The notes: a model not told the origin generated them from the sequence alone. Numbered from the stretch's first letter, positions 13,615 through 26,012 are shown. The stretch: DNA of 64,000 bases from Octopus vulgaris (GCA_951406725.2 OX597814.1:71362001-71426000); one strand, 5' to 3'. Program-made: numbers and translations.

Positions 13615-15141
13615 CATCATCATCATCATCATTTAGCATCTGTTTTCCATGCTGGCATGGGTTGGGAATTTTGACAGGAGCTGACCAGGTTCCATATCTG
13701 TTTTGGCTTGGTTTCTATGGCTGGATGCCCTTCCTAACACCAACTACTCTACAGAGTGTAATGGGTGCTCTCATGCAGCACTGGCACAGGTGCATTTACA
13801 TAGCACCGGTATAGGTGTTTTTTATATGGCACCAGCACCTACAAGCCCATAAGATTAGGAATGCTCAGCTGGTGAAGGATGCAGAGAACAAGCCAGTATG
13901 CAAGGACAACCACACTTTTACTTAGCTTGGCATGTCTTCTCAAGTACAGCAGACTGCAAGGACTCTCAGTCCCCTGTCATCCCCTCTGTGAGTCCCAACA
14001 TCTGTAGATCCTTTCTCACCACTTTGTCCCACATCTTCCTGGGTCTACCCATTCCACATGCTTCCTTTGCAATTAGAGATTGGCACCTCCTGATGTAACT
14101 GTCATCATTCTTACTTATTACATGGCTGTACCATTTCAGTTTTCTCTCTTGCACACTACATCTGATGCCTTGTATACCCAGTTTTTCTCTCAAATTACTC
14201 ACACTTTGTTGTATATGCACACTAATATTACTCATTAAGCTGAGCATACTGGCTTCATTTCTTTCAAGCCTTCACATATCCTCAGTAGTCACAGCCCACA
14301 TCTCACTGCCATGTAGCATAGCAGTTCATTACACAGGCATCATACAATCTGCCTGTCACTCTGAGGGAGAGACCCTTTGTTGCTAAAAGAGGTAGTAGCT
14401 CCCTGAACTTCTCCCAGCCTATTCTTATAGCTATGCTTTCGGAACAACCTACCCACACTACTAACTCGGTCACCTAAGTAACAGAAACTGTCTACTACTT
14501 CTAAAGATCTCCCTGACATTTGAGGAAGTCTATTTTTTGTACATTCTCTGATACCACTGCACCTCTCATGTGATACCATGATACCACTGCACCTCTCATG
14601 TGTTCATAGTTTGCACTAAATACACCACATGGAGTTTCTCCTGACACATTTTCTACATATCATGCAGTGCCATCTCCCTGAAGGGATCTGTAATTTGTCT
14701 GTTTTTCTACTTATCAAGACTTTGGTTTTTTACTAAATTAACTGTAAGGCCCTTTGATTCCAGTCTGAGGTTCCATACCTGAAATTTCTTCTCTAGTTCT
14801 GGTAGTGATTCAACTATAAGAATAAGGTCATCAACATAGAGAAGCTCCCAAGGGCAGCCACTCTTAAATTCTTTAACTATAGCTTTGAGAACTATGATAA
14901 ACAAGAAGTGGCTAAGACTCAATCCCTGATGGTCTTTTACATGTATACTAAACTCCTTGCTATACTCATTGGTGACTCTCACCTTCCTGACAGTATCCCT
15001 GTACACGGCTTGTACAGCTCTCACCAACCAGTCATCTATCCCTAGCTTCCATATTGCCCTACAGAAAAGGGAGTAGGGGACCTTGTGAAAGGATTTTTCC
15101 ATGTCAACAAAAGCCAGATACAGAGGTTTATTTTTGGCCAC
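13615..15141 (-). mobile_element. RTE-clade LINE, 5'-truncated and decayed (RT to 3' tail)
   Basis: ORF pieces KNKPLYLAFVDMEKSFHKVP...WELLYVDDL (RT motifs), LEVVDSFCYLGD and GMGRPRKMWDKVV; 3' UTR ends in (GAT)n at 13615. Confidence 0.9.
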
Positions 15142-15414
15142 TCAACTGGTTACAGATTTCCAAACACCAATCATATTGATAGTGAAGAGAGAGTATCTGT
15201 TACCTCAATGCAGAGCAAATATTGGAAGGCACCTTATACAGAACACATTGGCTTTTCAGCTTTTTCCTTTGCCAATGATATTTTCTTTAACTGAGGTAAA
15301 TTGGTGAAGTATATATATGTGCATATACACATACAATCACGGTCAGTTTTTACTGTTTCCACCTACTAAAGTCTATGGTCAGTCCTACACTAAGGTAAAA
15401 AACCACTCAATTAA

Positions 15415-16479
15415 CCCTTTCGTTACCAAACCACCTGAAAAAAATTTTGGTTAATGAGACCAAACCGCCCAAAGCCACCCGAATTTACCTATTCATATTT
15501 AAATGAGAATATCAGAGCAAATCTCTTTAGTACATTCGTGAAAACACGTATTATACTTCGTAAACAGTTCAACTACAGTTTTGTACAAAAATCGAAGTGT
15601 AATTTTAATTCCGTGAATTTTGGGAGATTTTTTTCGGAAATTTGTTCCTATTGTGTTTTCAAAATTTGTAATTCTGACAAAAAATGGATACGAATTTCAT
15701 TATATCAAGCAGCGAGTCAGAATTCGAAGGATTTTCTACTGAAGACCTTCATAAATCTAACTCTATGATTGAAAAAAAAAAGCATGTGGTATTTGATAAT
15801 GAATCTGATGTTTCATTTTCCGAAAGTGAAAACTGTGAATCCGAGATCTTCGACAGCGATAAAGAAAATGATTTGGCACCTGAATGGAGTGAAAATTTAA
15901 AAACTGTTTCCTTCGGTGATTTTCCTGAAGAAACTGGACCAAGCCACAGACTTTCCCAGAAGAGTAAAGCCTTAAACTATTTCTTTTTACTTTTTCGAAT
16001 GAGCCTATTTGAAATCATTATGGCGAAAACAAACCGTTATGCTAAATGTAAACAAAACGATACTTTGTGGTTTCCCATAACCTTAAATGAAATTAAGACT
16101 ATTTTGCCATAAATATTATTATGGGTATCAGAAAGTTACCCAGAATAACAAATTCTATCGTAAAATTTTGTTGTATACCCAATTGAATATTAGCTAATAA
16201 CCCATTTTCTATAGCGATGTACGAACAAAATTTGAATAATTTTATATTTTGTTGAATTTACCTGTATCTACCTGCAATTAGTCACTTTGTGACAAAAATT
16301 ATAGTATAGAATTGGTTGAGAATATTTCATTAAATTATCTTCCAAAAATCAGATTAATATATCGATAAATAAAAAAGTTATAGTTGTTTAATGAAACCAG
16401 ACTAAATTTATGATTACGTTAGAAATTAATTGAAACACATAAGGGGTGTAATTTGGTCAGAAATATAGTAACGAAAGGG
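15415..16479 (+). mobile_element. piggyBac non-autonomous deletion derivative with transposase N-terminus
   Basis: TTAA TSDs at 15411-15414 and 16480-16483; perfect 12-bp TIR CCCTTTCGTTAC / GTAACGAAAGGG. ORF 15684-16112 has an acidic N-terminus and YFFLLF...TNRYA...W.PITLNEIK...IIMGIRKLP, typical of the piggyBac transposase N-terminal region. Inserted in a family-1 SINE. Confidence 0.9.
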
Positions 16480-18874
16480 TTAAGGTAATGTACAGTAGGG
16501 GTAGGACTGAACCTGAACCATGTGGTTGCAAAGTAAACTTCTTAACCATAGAGTCATGCCTGTACCTATATATGCTTAGCATTTCACTGCACTTAAATAC
16601 ACTGTTATAAGTCCTACTGGAAGCCTTATAATTACTAATATAATCAATAATTTCCTTCATATTCCAGTAAAACAATATTTTATTTTCCTATGTTCATTGA
16701 ATGAAGTCAAAGGAGAAAAGGTTACACCTTTGCAAAGCCTTGTTGGGATACTGGCATGGCTGCATGATAAGAATCTTGTCAGGAAAGGTTAGAAGAAACT
16801 ATGATTCATTCATGGCTTGTTACAGTACAAAGCAGTGGTCTTTCATTAGAATAGAGACCAAATCTAAATGTTTGCAACAGTGATGCCTTTGCTAAAGATC
16901 CCAAAAGCCCAGGTTGTGGTATTAAACAAGGTAACTGGTCCATTGGTAAAGACTTCGTGTTAGGTGGTTCAACATAGCAAATCCTTTTTTTTTCATAGTA
17001 GTTTAAAACAGGTGACAGATAAGGACACATCAATAGAAGTTGTCTAAGTGACTCTACCTCTTTACGACTATCTCAGCAGATGTTGCCAAAGTCACCATGA
17101 CTTACTCCTTTATTTTCCCTTTTCTCTATTAATCACAAAGAGCCAGAGAACAACTGCTTCAGTATCACAGTTTTAGTATGACTTCTATAGTTAGATGTCC
17201 TCCTTAATACCAAACACTGCAGAGTGTACTGGGTGCATGTTTTTATGGCACTAGCACTATAGATGTTGCTTAACTGTTGGCAAAACTAGAGCCCTTCCAA
17301 ACCTTGCATTGTTGCTGTTCAATTTGTTTAGTAACTGCTTACAGAGCATACATGATGCTTTTTTCGTAGCACTAACACTAGTAGCATTGCCTTGAAGCTT
17401 GCAAAGTGAAAAAAAGCTCCATTGATGGAAGGAACAGATTTATGGCTGTGAAAAAAAAAACAGTATTAGGTAAGGGGTTAACAGGAGGGAAAAATGAAAA
17501 AGAAGTGTTAGTGGAGTTAATAAGAGAGAATTATAGAGTGAAAAGATGGAGGAGGGAATTGAGAAAGAGAAGATACAGTGCCACTCCATATAGGTGGGTG
17601 TGTAAAAGAAAGGTAAGAGTGAAGAAGGTATTAGGAATGAAGAGAGAAAAGTTGTGTCAGGGGATTAGTGAGAATGAGTTAGAGAGTGAAAGGTTCTGTA
17701 GGGTGGGTTGAGTAAGAGAATGTTATGGGGTTGGGTAGTTGGGTGGAACATGAGGGTACCTGAGGGAAAGATAAGATGATAATGAGAAATCAGAGTGAAT
17801 CAGGGAGGACAGTTGGGTAAAGGTTGTCAGAGTGTAACCTGACCCCACTCATGCTTCATGATGTAGGATAGAGGAAGAAGAGTAGCAGGATATAGGTTGT
17901 AAAGGAAGATGGAGGTATTCAGTATGCACAAATCAGATGCTTTCCTTTCAATCAGAACTGGGGAGCATAGAACAGTGAGTAGAAGAGATTAGAGGAAATA
18001 GAAGATACAGAGAGTAGGAAAATAGGAGGGATGTGAGAGTATAGAATAGGCAACAGCAAAGGGGTGGAGGAAGCATGCACTAAGCAATGGGCAAGGATAC
18101 ATGCCCTCTGCCACTAATTTTAACAAGTAGTGCACCAAGCTTATATGGGAAATTAGGTTTTCTGCAGCACTGCATATTACCAGTCACTACAGTCCTCTTT
18201 CACTCCCTGCATCAGTTATATCATCTTGAGATTATTCCTTACAACCTTATCCCAAGTCTTTCTCAGTTTCCCTCTTCCATAAGCACTATTCATTTTAAGT
18301 GCTTGGTGCTTGCTTATGTAGCTGTCAGCCTCCATCTGCATCACATGCCCATATCATCACAGTCACCACTTTTGCATGTTATATCTAATTTCCCTTACAC
18401 CCAGCTTATCTCTCCACTCTACCCCTTTGTTTTCTCCTTTCACTATCTCTTTCTACCTAACTTAGAAGACTGACTACATATTACAATGTACTGATGAAGA
18501 ACAGATATGCACAACAGCCTGTTTATAGACATAGAAGAAATATAAAAATATTAAATAAATATAATTGATTGTTTAAACACATTTCAATTCACTTGAGGAA
18601 AAGAAATCAGTTCTTCACTTGCTTCTCTTATATGAAAAAGGAAACAGATTCTTATCTGTCTTTTACTTTCTCCATCCATAAACTAAGTAAAACTATCTTC
18701 TCTTTCTCTGTCTCACTGAACTTGATTTAAAATGAAAACAATAGCTTGAAAATCTGTTTTACTATTTGCCAGTAACATAAGTCTATAAATCAATCTCTAC
18801 ATTAAAGAAATAGCAGGTTTCCTGTGTGAATTTCCACTGACATCATGGTGTTAAAGCTATTCATATACAGAAAA

Positions 18875-19263
18875 TAGATTCCATCACATGTCAAGGGAGA
18901 AAACTAGAAGTAGTCAATAGCTTCTGTTAGCTAGGTGACCAAGTCAGTAGTGGGGATTGATGTTCCAAGAGCGTAGCTGCTACAAAAATACAAACAGCAT
19001 AGCTGCTACAAAAATAACGGGCTGGGTAAAGTTCAGAGAGCTCCTACTTCTGCTGATAACAAAGGGCCTCTCTCTTAGAGTGAAAGGCAGACTGTATGAT
19101 GCCTGTGTGTGTGAACAGTTATGCTACCTGGCAGTGAAACATGGCTGTGACTGCTGAGGACATGTGTAGGCTTGTAAGAAATGAAGCTAGTATGCTTCAC
19201 TGGATGTGTAAAGTCAGTTTGCAAGTAGGACAGAGTGTAAGCGTCCTCAGAGAAAAGATGGGC
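18875..19263 (+). mobile_element. RTE LINE internal fragment
   Basis: KLEVVNSFC*LGDQ...GWVKFRELLLLLITKGLSLRVKGRLYDACV...AVTAEDMCRLVRNEASMLHWMC; homologous to part of 13615-15141. Confidence 0.8.
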
Positions 19264-19265
19264 CT

Positions 19266-19296
<31 letters not shown>

Positions 19297-19527
19297 ATCT
19301 ATATATATATACAATACAGATCTTTGGTATTCAAGCACTATTTTCTCCACCTTGCTTTTCATGCCTGTGCAGGTGAATGTGTGCATGTTGCACAAAAATG
19401 AGCTCAAAGAAAAGTCAGAGTAGCCAGTGGCATTTATTTGGTAAAAAAAAAAAAAAAAAAAAAAAGGAATATACCATATGAGATTATTTACATTTGACAG
19501 ATATTAGTCCTCATCTTGTTTGTTGTT

Positions 19528-19566
19528 AACACAATGTTTTGGCTAATATACTCTTCATCAGGTGTC
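19528..19566 (-). ncRNA. Degenerate minimal hammerhead ribozyme in the 3' pLTR
   Basis: Minus strand GACAC CTGATGA AGAGTATATTAGCC AAAACATT GTGTT: the CUGAUGA core is kept, the stem II 5' arm is deleted and GAAA has become AAAA. Confidence 0.55.
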
Positions 19567-19635
19567 TTGAGGAAATTTCGAACTTGGGTTCTCATTCCTA
19601 AGGTATTTTCGATGTTGTTATTATTATTATTATTC

Positions 19636-19709
19636 AGGTCATTGCCTCGAAATTGAACTCGAAATCTTGTGGTTAGTAGCCTGCACTCTTAACCACTACA
19701 CCATATACC
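19636..19709 (-). promoter_or_regulatory. tRNA-like Pol III A/B-box module inside the Penelope pLTR (copy 1)
   Basis: Minus strand GGTATATGGTGTAGTGGTTAAGAGTGCAGGCTACTAACCACAAGATTTCGAGTTCAATTTCGAGGCAATGACC: A-box-like TGGTGTAGTGG, anticodon-loop-like CTACTAA, B-box-like GAGTTCAATT, then (AAT)n. Confidence 0.6.
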
Positions 19710-22011
19710 TGTGGGCAATTATGGAGTGGATTTTAGGGCTTATACATCTAATATTTTCCTATCCTTCCTTAATACTGGTTCCCATATACTACTCATATCT
19801 GCACTTGGTCTGCTTAGGAGGGTGTTATGTCCTAGCATATGTGCTGCTTCTTTTAGTTTCCAAAATTTCTAGTGGTGTTCTCTGTCTATTATTTTAACTT
19901 CATCCTACTGAGAAGGCGACATGTTTTGCTTTTGTATAACCTACCACAGCTGCATGGGATGGAGTGCTTGCAGTCTTTGGTTATATTCTCTTCTATTGGT
20001 GGTTTTACTCACAGGAGATATTTACAAAGTGTTGTATTACTCTTGAATATTGTCCTGATGTCATATGGGCTGCATATCTTTTCAGAGAAGCCTTTCACAT
20101 AGAGTAGACAGATTGTGGTCAGTTTATGGGTTTCATCTCCTTTTCTTCATAACTGGAGTGGATAGTATGGTTTTGGGGTAGTTGTTGCTTAATAGAGTGT
20201 TACTTAGCTTGATAAATTCTTCATGCTGTGTATCAGGATCATTACTTATATTCTTTGCTTGATGTTTTAAGTACTGAGCAATCCCTCTCTTTACACTGTA
20301 TGGATGGTGGGAATTGAAGTTGAGGTATCATCCAGTGACGCTTGGCTTGTGGTGTATGGATGTCCTGGATCCATACTTGGTGCATGTTATTAATACAGCC
20401 AGGAATGCTAGCTGATTGTCATTTTCCTTTTCCATTGTGAACTGTATGGATGGCTTTAATGAGTTCACATGATCTAACAGTACTTGGACATCTTCCTGGT
20501 GGGGCCAGAGTATAAAGGTGTCATCAACATATCACAGCCATAGGGTTGGTTTTAGTGATGTTGATCCTAAAGCCAAATTCTCAAAGTAATCCATATATAT
20601 ATTGGCTATTATCGGTGATAATGGTGAACACATAGCTAAACCCTCTTTCTATTGATATATATCAGTGTCCAATCTGAAGTAGGTAGTTTCTACACAGAAA
20701 CATTTCCATTAAGTTTCCTATTGGCATACTACTTCTTTTAGAAGAGTGTTTGTCACTAGTATTTTTCTTGAATCACCAAGAGTGCTTCATCAGTTGGGAG
20801 TTTGTTGAACAAACTTATCATATCAAGACTCACCATCTGGTTGGATCCAATGGGGATCAATTCTGTGAAGTGGATGAAATTCTTCACGTACGATGTTGAC
20901 TTTCCTGCTAATGAACTGATTATATCCACTAGGAAGCAGCTCAGTGGATGACATGCTCACTATAGGTCTTTATGGAATGCCATCCTTGTGAATCTTAAGG
21001 AGACTGTACATGTATGGTAGTTTACTATAGTGTTGAGCCAGTTGTCTGTACTTCATTGGTATAAAGGGATCCTTATTCTTGATCAAGATCTGTGACACTT
21101 CCTCTTTATTTTCAGAGTTGGGTCTTTCTTTACTTTGCTGTAGCTACCATCACTTATGAGACTTGCCAATTTTTCAAAGTAGTCAGACTTGTTCATCACC
21201 ACTGTAGCATTTCCCTTGTCCGCTGGAAATATTATGATGGAAATGTCACTCTGTAGTCTTTCGATAGCGAACTTTTCTTCCTTAGTGATGCTTGGTTTGG
21301 AAAGTTTCACTTTTTCTAGTACCTGTCACATTTTCCACCTAAGTTCATCTCCCTGAGCTTTTGATATCTTTATGGCTATCTCTTCAATAGGGGCTGTTAT
21401 GTCCAAGTATAGAATGCACTTGGTGGTTGTCACAAAAGTTGAGACATTTGTTTAGTACTGCTCCTTCAGAGCTTTCTAAATGTCAGCTATTTACATTAAT
21501 TACTGTTTTCACAGGTGGGTGACAGACTTCAGTCTTCATTCTCTGACCTTTGAGATTCATAAACTTCTTAATCTGGCATGTCTTCACCTTTTCAAATTTT
21601 TTCTTGTGTAGATTCTCTTTCTATCATCATCTCTGGTTATTTTCCTAAGTAATGAATATGACCTCTCTCTGATTTTGTTATTTAGTTGATGTTTTTTCCA
21701 ATGGTTATAATGGATCCTCTCATGGATGAAGGCATGTCCTGCCCTTTCCGCTAATCTTCGAGCTTTATATGAATCCACTGGTGTCATTACATTCAAGCCA
21801 GGTGGTATTAGCTTTGAGTCTCTACGTCTATACAGGAAAGTTGGATGGTTTGAAAGTCAAGCTAGTTTTTGATAGAGTTTCTCTGTATGTCTCCACTGAA
21901 GTCTAATGTCAGCTCCGTACCAATTAGATAATGCAGTTCTATATGAGGAATTATGTACATTATTTACATTTGACGGATATTTTGTTTGTTGTCCTCATTT
22001 TGTTTGTTGTT

Positions 22012-22055
22012 AACAACATTTCGGCTGATATATTCTCCAGCCTTCATCAGGTGTC
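22012..22055 (-). ncRNA. Minimal type I hammerhead ribozyme motif in the 5' pLTR
   Basis: Minus strand GACAC-CTGATGA-A-GGCTG(GAGAATATAT)CAGCC-GAAA-TGTT-GTT: intact core and 5-bp stem II. Stem III and the stem I 3' arm are mutated relative to the reconstructed GAAACGTT/GTGTT. Confidence 0.75.
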
Positions 22056-22139
22056 TTGGGGAAATTTTGAACCAGGGTTCTCATTCCTAAGGTATTTTCG
22101 ATGTTGTTGTTGTTATTATTATTATTATTATTAGTATTC

Positions 22140-22208
22140 TGGCCATTGCCTGGAATCAAACTTGGAATCTTGTGGTTCCTGCGCTCTTAACCACTATGCC
22201 ATATGCCC
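22140..22208 (-). promoter_or_regulatory. tRNA-like Pol III A/B-box module inside the Penelope pLTR (copy 2)
   Basis: Minus strand GGGCATATGGCATAGTGGTTAAGAGCGCAGGAACCACAAGATTCCAAGTTTGATTCCAGGCAATGGCCA: same module as 19636-19709 with a small deletion in the anticodon-like loop. Confidence 0.6.
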
Positions 22209-23408
22209 ATGGGCAATTATGGAGTTAATTTTAGGGCTTATAAATCTAATATTTTTCTATCCTTCCTTAATACTGGTTCCCATATGCTACTCATATCTGT
22301 ACTAGGTCTGCTTAGGAGGTTATTATGTTCTAGCATATGTACTGCCTCTTTTAGTTTTCATATTTTCTAGTGGTGTTCTCATTCTATTATTTTAACTTCA
22401 TCCCACAGGGGGAGGTGGTGTCCGTTTTTCCATACATGATCAGCTATACCCGATTTACCAATATCTCCTCGTGTCACAGCTTTGAGATGTTCCTTTATCC
22501 TTATTTTGATATAGTGAAATTATTTCCACCTTGAGAGAAGGTAAACAAACACCTGTGGGAACCACAAACAACTCCAAATAACATAATCTTAAGAATCAAC
22601 AATTCTCTGGAATTGATTTATTGAAGTAATGGCATTATTTCAATAAATCAAGAAATTATCATGTGTGTGTGTGTGTGTATACATACATGAGTGCGTGTGT
22701 GTGAGTGCGCACGAGTATACACTCCCTCTAGTTCGGTAGTGGAGATGTTTATTTATGTTCTGCAGAAATATGTAATGTAGCTCAGTGATTCAGCACACAA
22801 AAACCACAAAGAAGTACCTTGCTTGAAAATATATAATGAGCTGCTATCAAGAAGGGTATCCATGAGTAGAATACTACCACAAATATATTTATCTAACCCA
22901 TGTAATTTGAAAAAAAAAAAAAAATACTGATGATATTCAGAGCTAACAAAGAAGCCCTATGAAGCCATTCAACACACTATAACTACACCTTCCTAAAATC
23001 CAGCTCCAATACCTTAAAAAAAGGGAAGCACACAAAAATTAATGTAGTGCCACATTCCCTTATTTCAAATATAAGTGGATGTTCATGAATGGAATACTTA
23101 TCATAATCAGTCTGCTCAAAATAAAATAAAATTGGTGTAAGACAAATACCATAACACACACACACACAACAAATGACCAAGTTATATGTTGCCTGCTGTA
23201 TTCCATGTTATTTACTAGTTGACTGGAAATCTTTGTAACTGTTGTTTAGCTGGAGTTCAGCCCTTATGGAGCAGAACTATGAAGAAATCCAGTCAGTCAC
23301 ATCTACTTTTTTTTAGTACATCATTATTATTACTCTCTTATCAAAGTTTTATGCAGACATTGTGGATCTAAGATTATATTGGCTAATGTATCCTTCCTTA
23401 GATGATAT

Positions 23409-23633
23409 GAGCTGGCAGAAACGTTAGCGCGCCGGGCGAAATGCTTAGCGGTATTTCGTCTGCCGTTAAGTTCTGAGTTCAAATTCCGCCGAGGTCGACT
23501 TTGCCTTTCATCCTTTCGGGGTCGATTAAATAAGTACCAGTCAAGCACTGGGGTCGATATGATCGACTTAATCCGTTTGTCTGTCCTTGTTCGTTTTCTC
23601 TGTGTTTGGCCCCTTGTGGGTAGTAAAGAAATA
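23409..23633 (+). mobile_element. tRNA-derived SINE, family 2 (Deu/Nin-like core), young CpG-rich copy
   Basis: GAGCTGGCAGAAACGTTAGC (A-box-like), GAGTTCAAATTCC (B box) and core GCCTTTCATCCTTTCGGGGTCGATTAAATAAGTACCAG, which resembles the Deu/Nin SINE domain; many CpGs retained. Confidence 0.85.
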
Positions 23634-24864
23634 AAATGATATAGAGAGGGTATGGCTTCAAAGAAAGATGGTTGAGTAACCATGCAGAGCTTACCACTTT
23701 AGTTCATGTGTTTGTGTATTTGTGTCAACACATACATAAACACAAGCAGTGGGAAGATACTAAACATATCACATTGCATGTCACATCTCTCTCAAATTAC
23801 ACCTTACATCATAAGAAATGGTAAGACACAGTTCTAGATACCCACTACCTAAAAATGGGATGGCCTTGGTGAGAATGTCTTTAATCATAGGTCTGCTTAA
23901 TTAAAGTTGACCTAGTGGTCACATAAAAGAAAGAGAGAGAGAGAAAAGTAAATATTTAACTAAGTAATTAGACTGTAGCCTTAGGTGGAGTAAATTGTCA
24001 ATATCTGTTTAGGTTGATTAAATTCTAAAAATTGGCAAATGTAGTTAAACTATTAGTCATGATACAGAACAATTCTTATAACTTACATTGATATAAATAT
24101 CAAACCAAAAAAGTATCAGAAATATTATATCAATTAAACAGGAATAAAGAAAAGTGTCTATTAAACATTGGTTTCTTTGTGCATTAAGATATTATCCAAG
24201 GCAGAACATCTGCTACCATGTAAGAAAAATGTTGAGAAAGACATTGAATTTGAAGATGACAAAAGAAGACAAAAAGAAATGACTAAGTGGAGAGTCAGAG
24301 AAAAAAGTGAATGACACTACATTGTATATCCTTACATACCACTATATTGTATTTTCTTTTCTTACAGCTGTTGTTTAAATGAATTTCCTTAGTACATTAT
24401 TCATCTTGTTCAGTTCAACATAAACTCTTAACAAATCACTGTCTTCTATGAAGACATTATATATTGTTCTTGTATGGCTTTACATAACTTGTAAATATCA
24501 TTTTCTATCTATTATTAGTGTAACAAACAACTGTTAAAATTTAGGACAAAATGACAATGATGATAATGCCACTATGACCATCACTACCACAAATACAATT
24601 TAAAAAAAAATTCAACTCTGCAAACTAGCATGATAGCTTTTACTTGCTTTCAAGTAAGCTGCTTTATTCCACATTTCAGCATAGACTGCCAAGTTGCTGA
24701 ATTTTTGTTTATGTGTGACATAAATATCACCACTGCTGCTGGTATTAATGTGTAGACACATGGAGACAGGCATATATGTACACATACAGTAGGTTTCTGT
24801 ACAATTTCAGTTTTTCCAAACTTCACTCAGAAAGCACTGATTAATCTGAGGAGTTAGTTAGTTA

Positions 24865-26012
24865 TCAGGTCATCCCATAAGTTCTGTCTGAATTTTGAAT
24901 AAAGAAAGCAAGTGAACAAATGTGATATTTAATTGAAATTTAATCATCAATGCACTTTCCTTGATTATCTATAACTTGCTTCCATCTATTTACAAGCTTT
25001 TTAATCCCATCAATGTAAAACTCTTTTGGTTTCAAAGTGAACAGCTCTGAAATGTCAAGCCTCCTGGCTGGTGAAAGTTATGTTCTCCAAAAGATTCTTA
25101 CACTACGAAACAAATGGTAGGTTGAAGGAGCAAGGTCAGGAGAATAAGGTGGATGAAGAATTTTTTCCCAGCCAAGCTCTTCGATCTTCTGTGATGTGAA
25201 CATTGCAGTATGGAGTCACACATTGTCCTGATGAAACATCACTCCTTTTTGATTCATTAAAGCGGATCTTTTTCTCTTCAAAGCTTGATTCAAGCGCTCT
25301 AATTGCTAACAGCAGACTTGAGCATTGATTGTTGCATTAGGTGGTAACAATTCAAAGTGAATTACTCCTTTGCAATTCCACCAGATAGAAAGAAGAATCT
25401 TTTTCCCATGAAGTTCCCTTCTCAGTTGTGGGTGAGCCACTGTTTACAACGTTTAACATTTCGATAGAAGATCCATTTTTCTTCACTAGAATGGAGAGAA
25501 GAGCAGACGTCAACTCGGCATTTGCGGTGGCTTTCGGACAATTCATGAGGCACCTATTTTCCAAGTTTAGGAACTTTTCCGAGTTGTTGAAGATGACGAT
25601 GAACAGTTGTATGGTTTGAAATAAGCTTTATTGTCAATTCTTCAACTGACAATGCAGGATTTTCTTCAAGTAATGTCCCAAGGAGTTTATCATCAAATTC
25701 AACTGGATGTTCTGTCCGAATCTCCACTGCTGAATTATGCAAACCATCTTCTGCAAGTTTTTTCATTCAAGCATTCTTTCTCATAAACTGAGTGTATGTT
25801 TCGAGTTGCTTCGGCTGTAGAGTTTCCATGTTAGAAATGGTTTTAATCAAAGAAATTTTAATTCTATTATTTTGTAAAATAATATTTAATTAGTTTAAAT
25901 GTATACAAATACATAAAAATAATTTTTAATTCCATTAGACATTCCAAAATACTTTAAATTTCACTCACTTTTAAAAAAGGTAAAATCGGACAGAACTTAT
26001 GGGATGACCTGA
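24865..26012 (-). mobile_element. mariner element, both TIRs present, decayed transposase
   Basis: TA-flanked TIRs TCAGGTCATCCCATAAGTTCTGTC / GACAGAACTTATGGGATGACCTGA. Minus-strand pieces PVEFDDKLL...HTTVHRHLQQLGKVPKLGK*VPH, FHQDN and HPPYSPDLAPS. Inserted in a family-1 SINE. Confidence 0.9.

Larger units (their letters stand above)
19476..22509 (-). mobile_element. Penelope-like retroelement (RT + GIY-YIG), decayed, with tandem direct pseudo-LTRs
   Basis: Minus-strand pieces: N-terminal NHPTFLYRRRDSKLIPPGL; IIIFPADKGNATVVMNKSDY; GLAMCSPLSPIIANIYMDYFE; YVDDTF; GIY-YIG-like SIPCSCGRLYK; C-terminal EAAHMLGHNTLLSRPSADMSSIWEPVL*. Direct repeats 19476-19905 and 21941-22403 include the ORF C-terminus, as expected for a PLE partial tandem. 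Confidence 0.9.

Noticed and set aside
14569-14602. Small direct duplication TGATACCACTGCACCTCTCATGTG around this position
   Set aside because: A local slippage duplication inside a dead RTE copy with no evident significance.
17400-18070. Purine-rich stretch with a Lys/Arg/Glu-rich 101-aa ORF
   Set aside because: Low-complexity GA-biased sequence with no domain or splice support.
18488-18535. CTGATGAAGAACAG...CTGTTT hammerhead-like start on the plus strand
   Set aside because: No GAAA follows the putative stem II and no stem I/III can be drawn; at most a heavily decayed relic.
19636-19709. Functional tRNA gene with an ACT (Ser) anticodon
   Set aside because: The acceptor, anticodon and T stems are mismatched, there is no T-run terminator, the sister copy has lost the loop, and it sits inside a retroelement repeat. 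Reported only as tRNA-like.
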